Made by a program: the position numbers and the translations under genes. A DNA stretch of 44,928 nt from Gammaproteobacteria bacterium (lineage in GTDB: Bacteria; Pseudomonadota; Gammaproteobacteria; DRLM01): contig CAKKSB010000081.1 in NCBI GenBank assembly GCA_919903055.1, positions 4,303 to 49,230 of the forward strand, read 5' to 3'. Positions 44,860 to 44,928 of this stretch are shown in pieces. Within the stretch, counting starts at the first letter, position 1; each line of letters starts with the position of its first letter. A model generated the notes under the pieces. The model had not been told where the DNA came from. It saw nothing but the letters and a program-made list of their open reading frames with translations, and ran no database searches.

Positions 44860-44928
44860 AAACTGAAGAGTTTGATCCTGGCTCAGATTGAACGCTGGCG
44901 GCATGCCTAACACATGCAAGTCGAACGG
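44860..44928 (+). rRNA. rrs: 16S ribosomal RNA, 5' end (continues beyond window)
   Basis: AAACTGAAGAGTTTGATCCTGGCTCAGATTGAACGCTGGCGGCATGCCTAACACATGCAAGTCGAACGG is the universal 16S 5' region (27F primer site), with a gamma/beta-proteobacterial-type continuation. Confidence 0.97.

Overview
High-GC (roughly 60-65% by eye) proteobacterial chromosomal segment, densely coded, ending in the 5' end of a 16S rRNA gene. I found no transposase, integrase, CRISPR array, tRNA or recognisable defence island.

Gene content, left to right:
- modA tail, a Sel1 lipoprotein, pyrD, a bactofilin, an M61 peptidase, a 2-Cys peroxiredoxin and a large-subunit catalase.
- A complete minus-strand MoxR/DUF58/DUF4381/BatA/BatB-C/BatD operon. 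It is interrupted by about 0.8 kb of AT-rich DNA carrying a twice-frameshifted HEPN-like gene remnant.
- An FGE-family protein, then the full ccmABCDEFGHI cytochrome c maturation operon.
- A c-type cytochrome client neighbourhood: a TlpA-like oxidoreductase, a monoheme cytochrome c translationally coupled to two stand-alone Reg_prop beta-propeller proteins, a GGDEF-EAL protein with a CxxCH motif in its periplasmic sensor domain, an NHL beta-propeller lipoprotein plus a pentaheme cytochrome, and a multi-domain cytochrome c gene split at an A9 run.
- A backbone resembling my memory of P. aeruginosa PA0662-PA0668 (argC, hypothetical, erpA, anmK, M23 peptidase, tyrS, rrn). It carries two apparent additions: a citrate synthase and a CheY/CheC-like/PAS-GGDEF operon.

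Most interesting observations:
- The A9-split six-heme cytochrome, which is either recoding or an assembly error.
- The uncharacterised cytochrome / beta-propeller / c-di-GMP cluster.
- The AT-rich HEPN-like remnant inside the bat operon.
- A non-canonical pyrD start.
- Several structured repeats.

None of these proves a new system. All functional calls rest on motif recognition from translated ORFs, with no database search.
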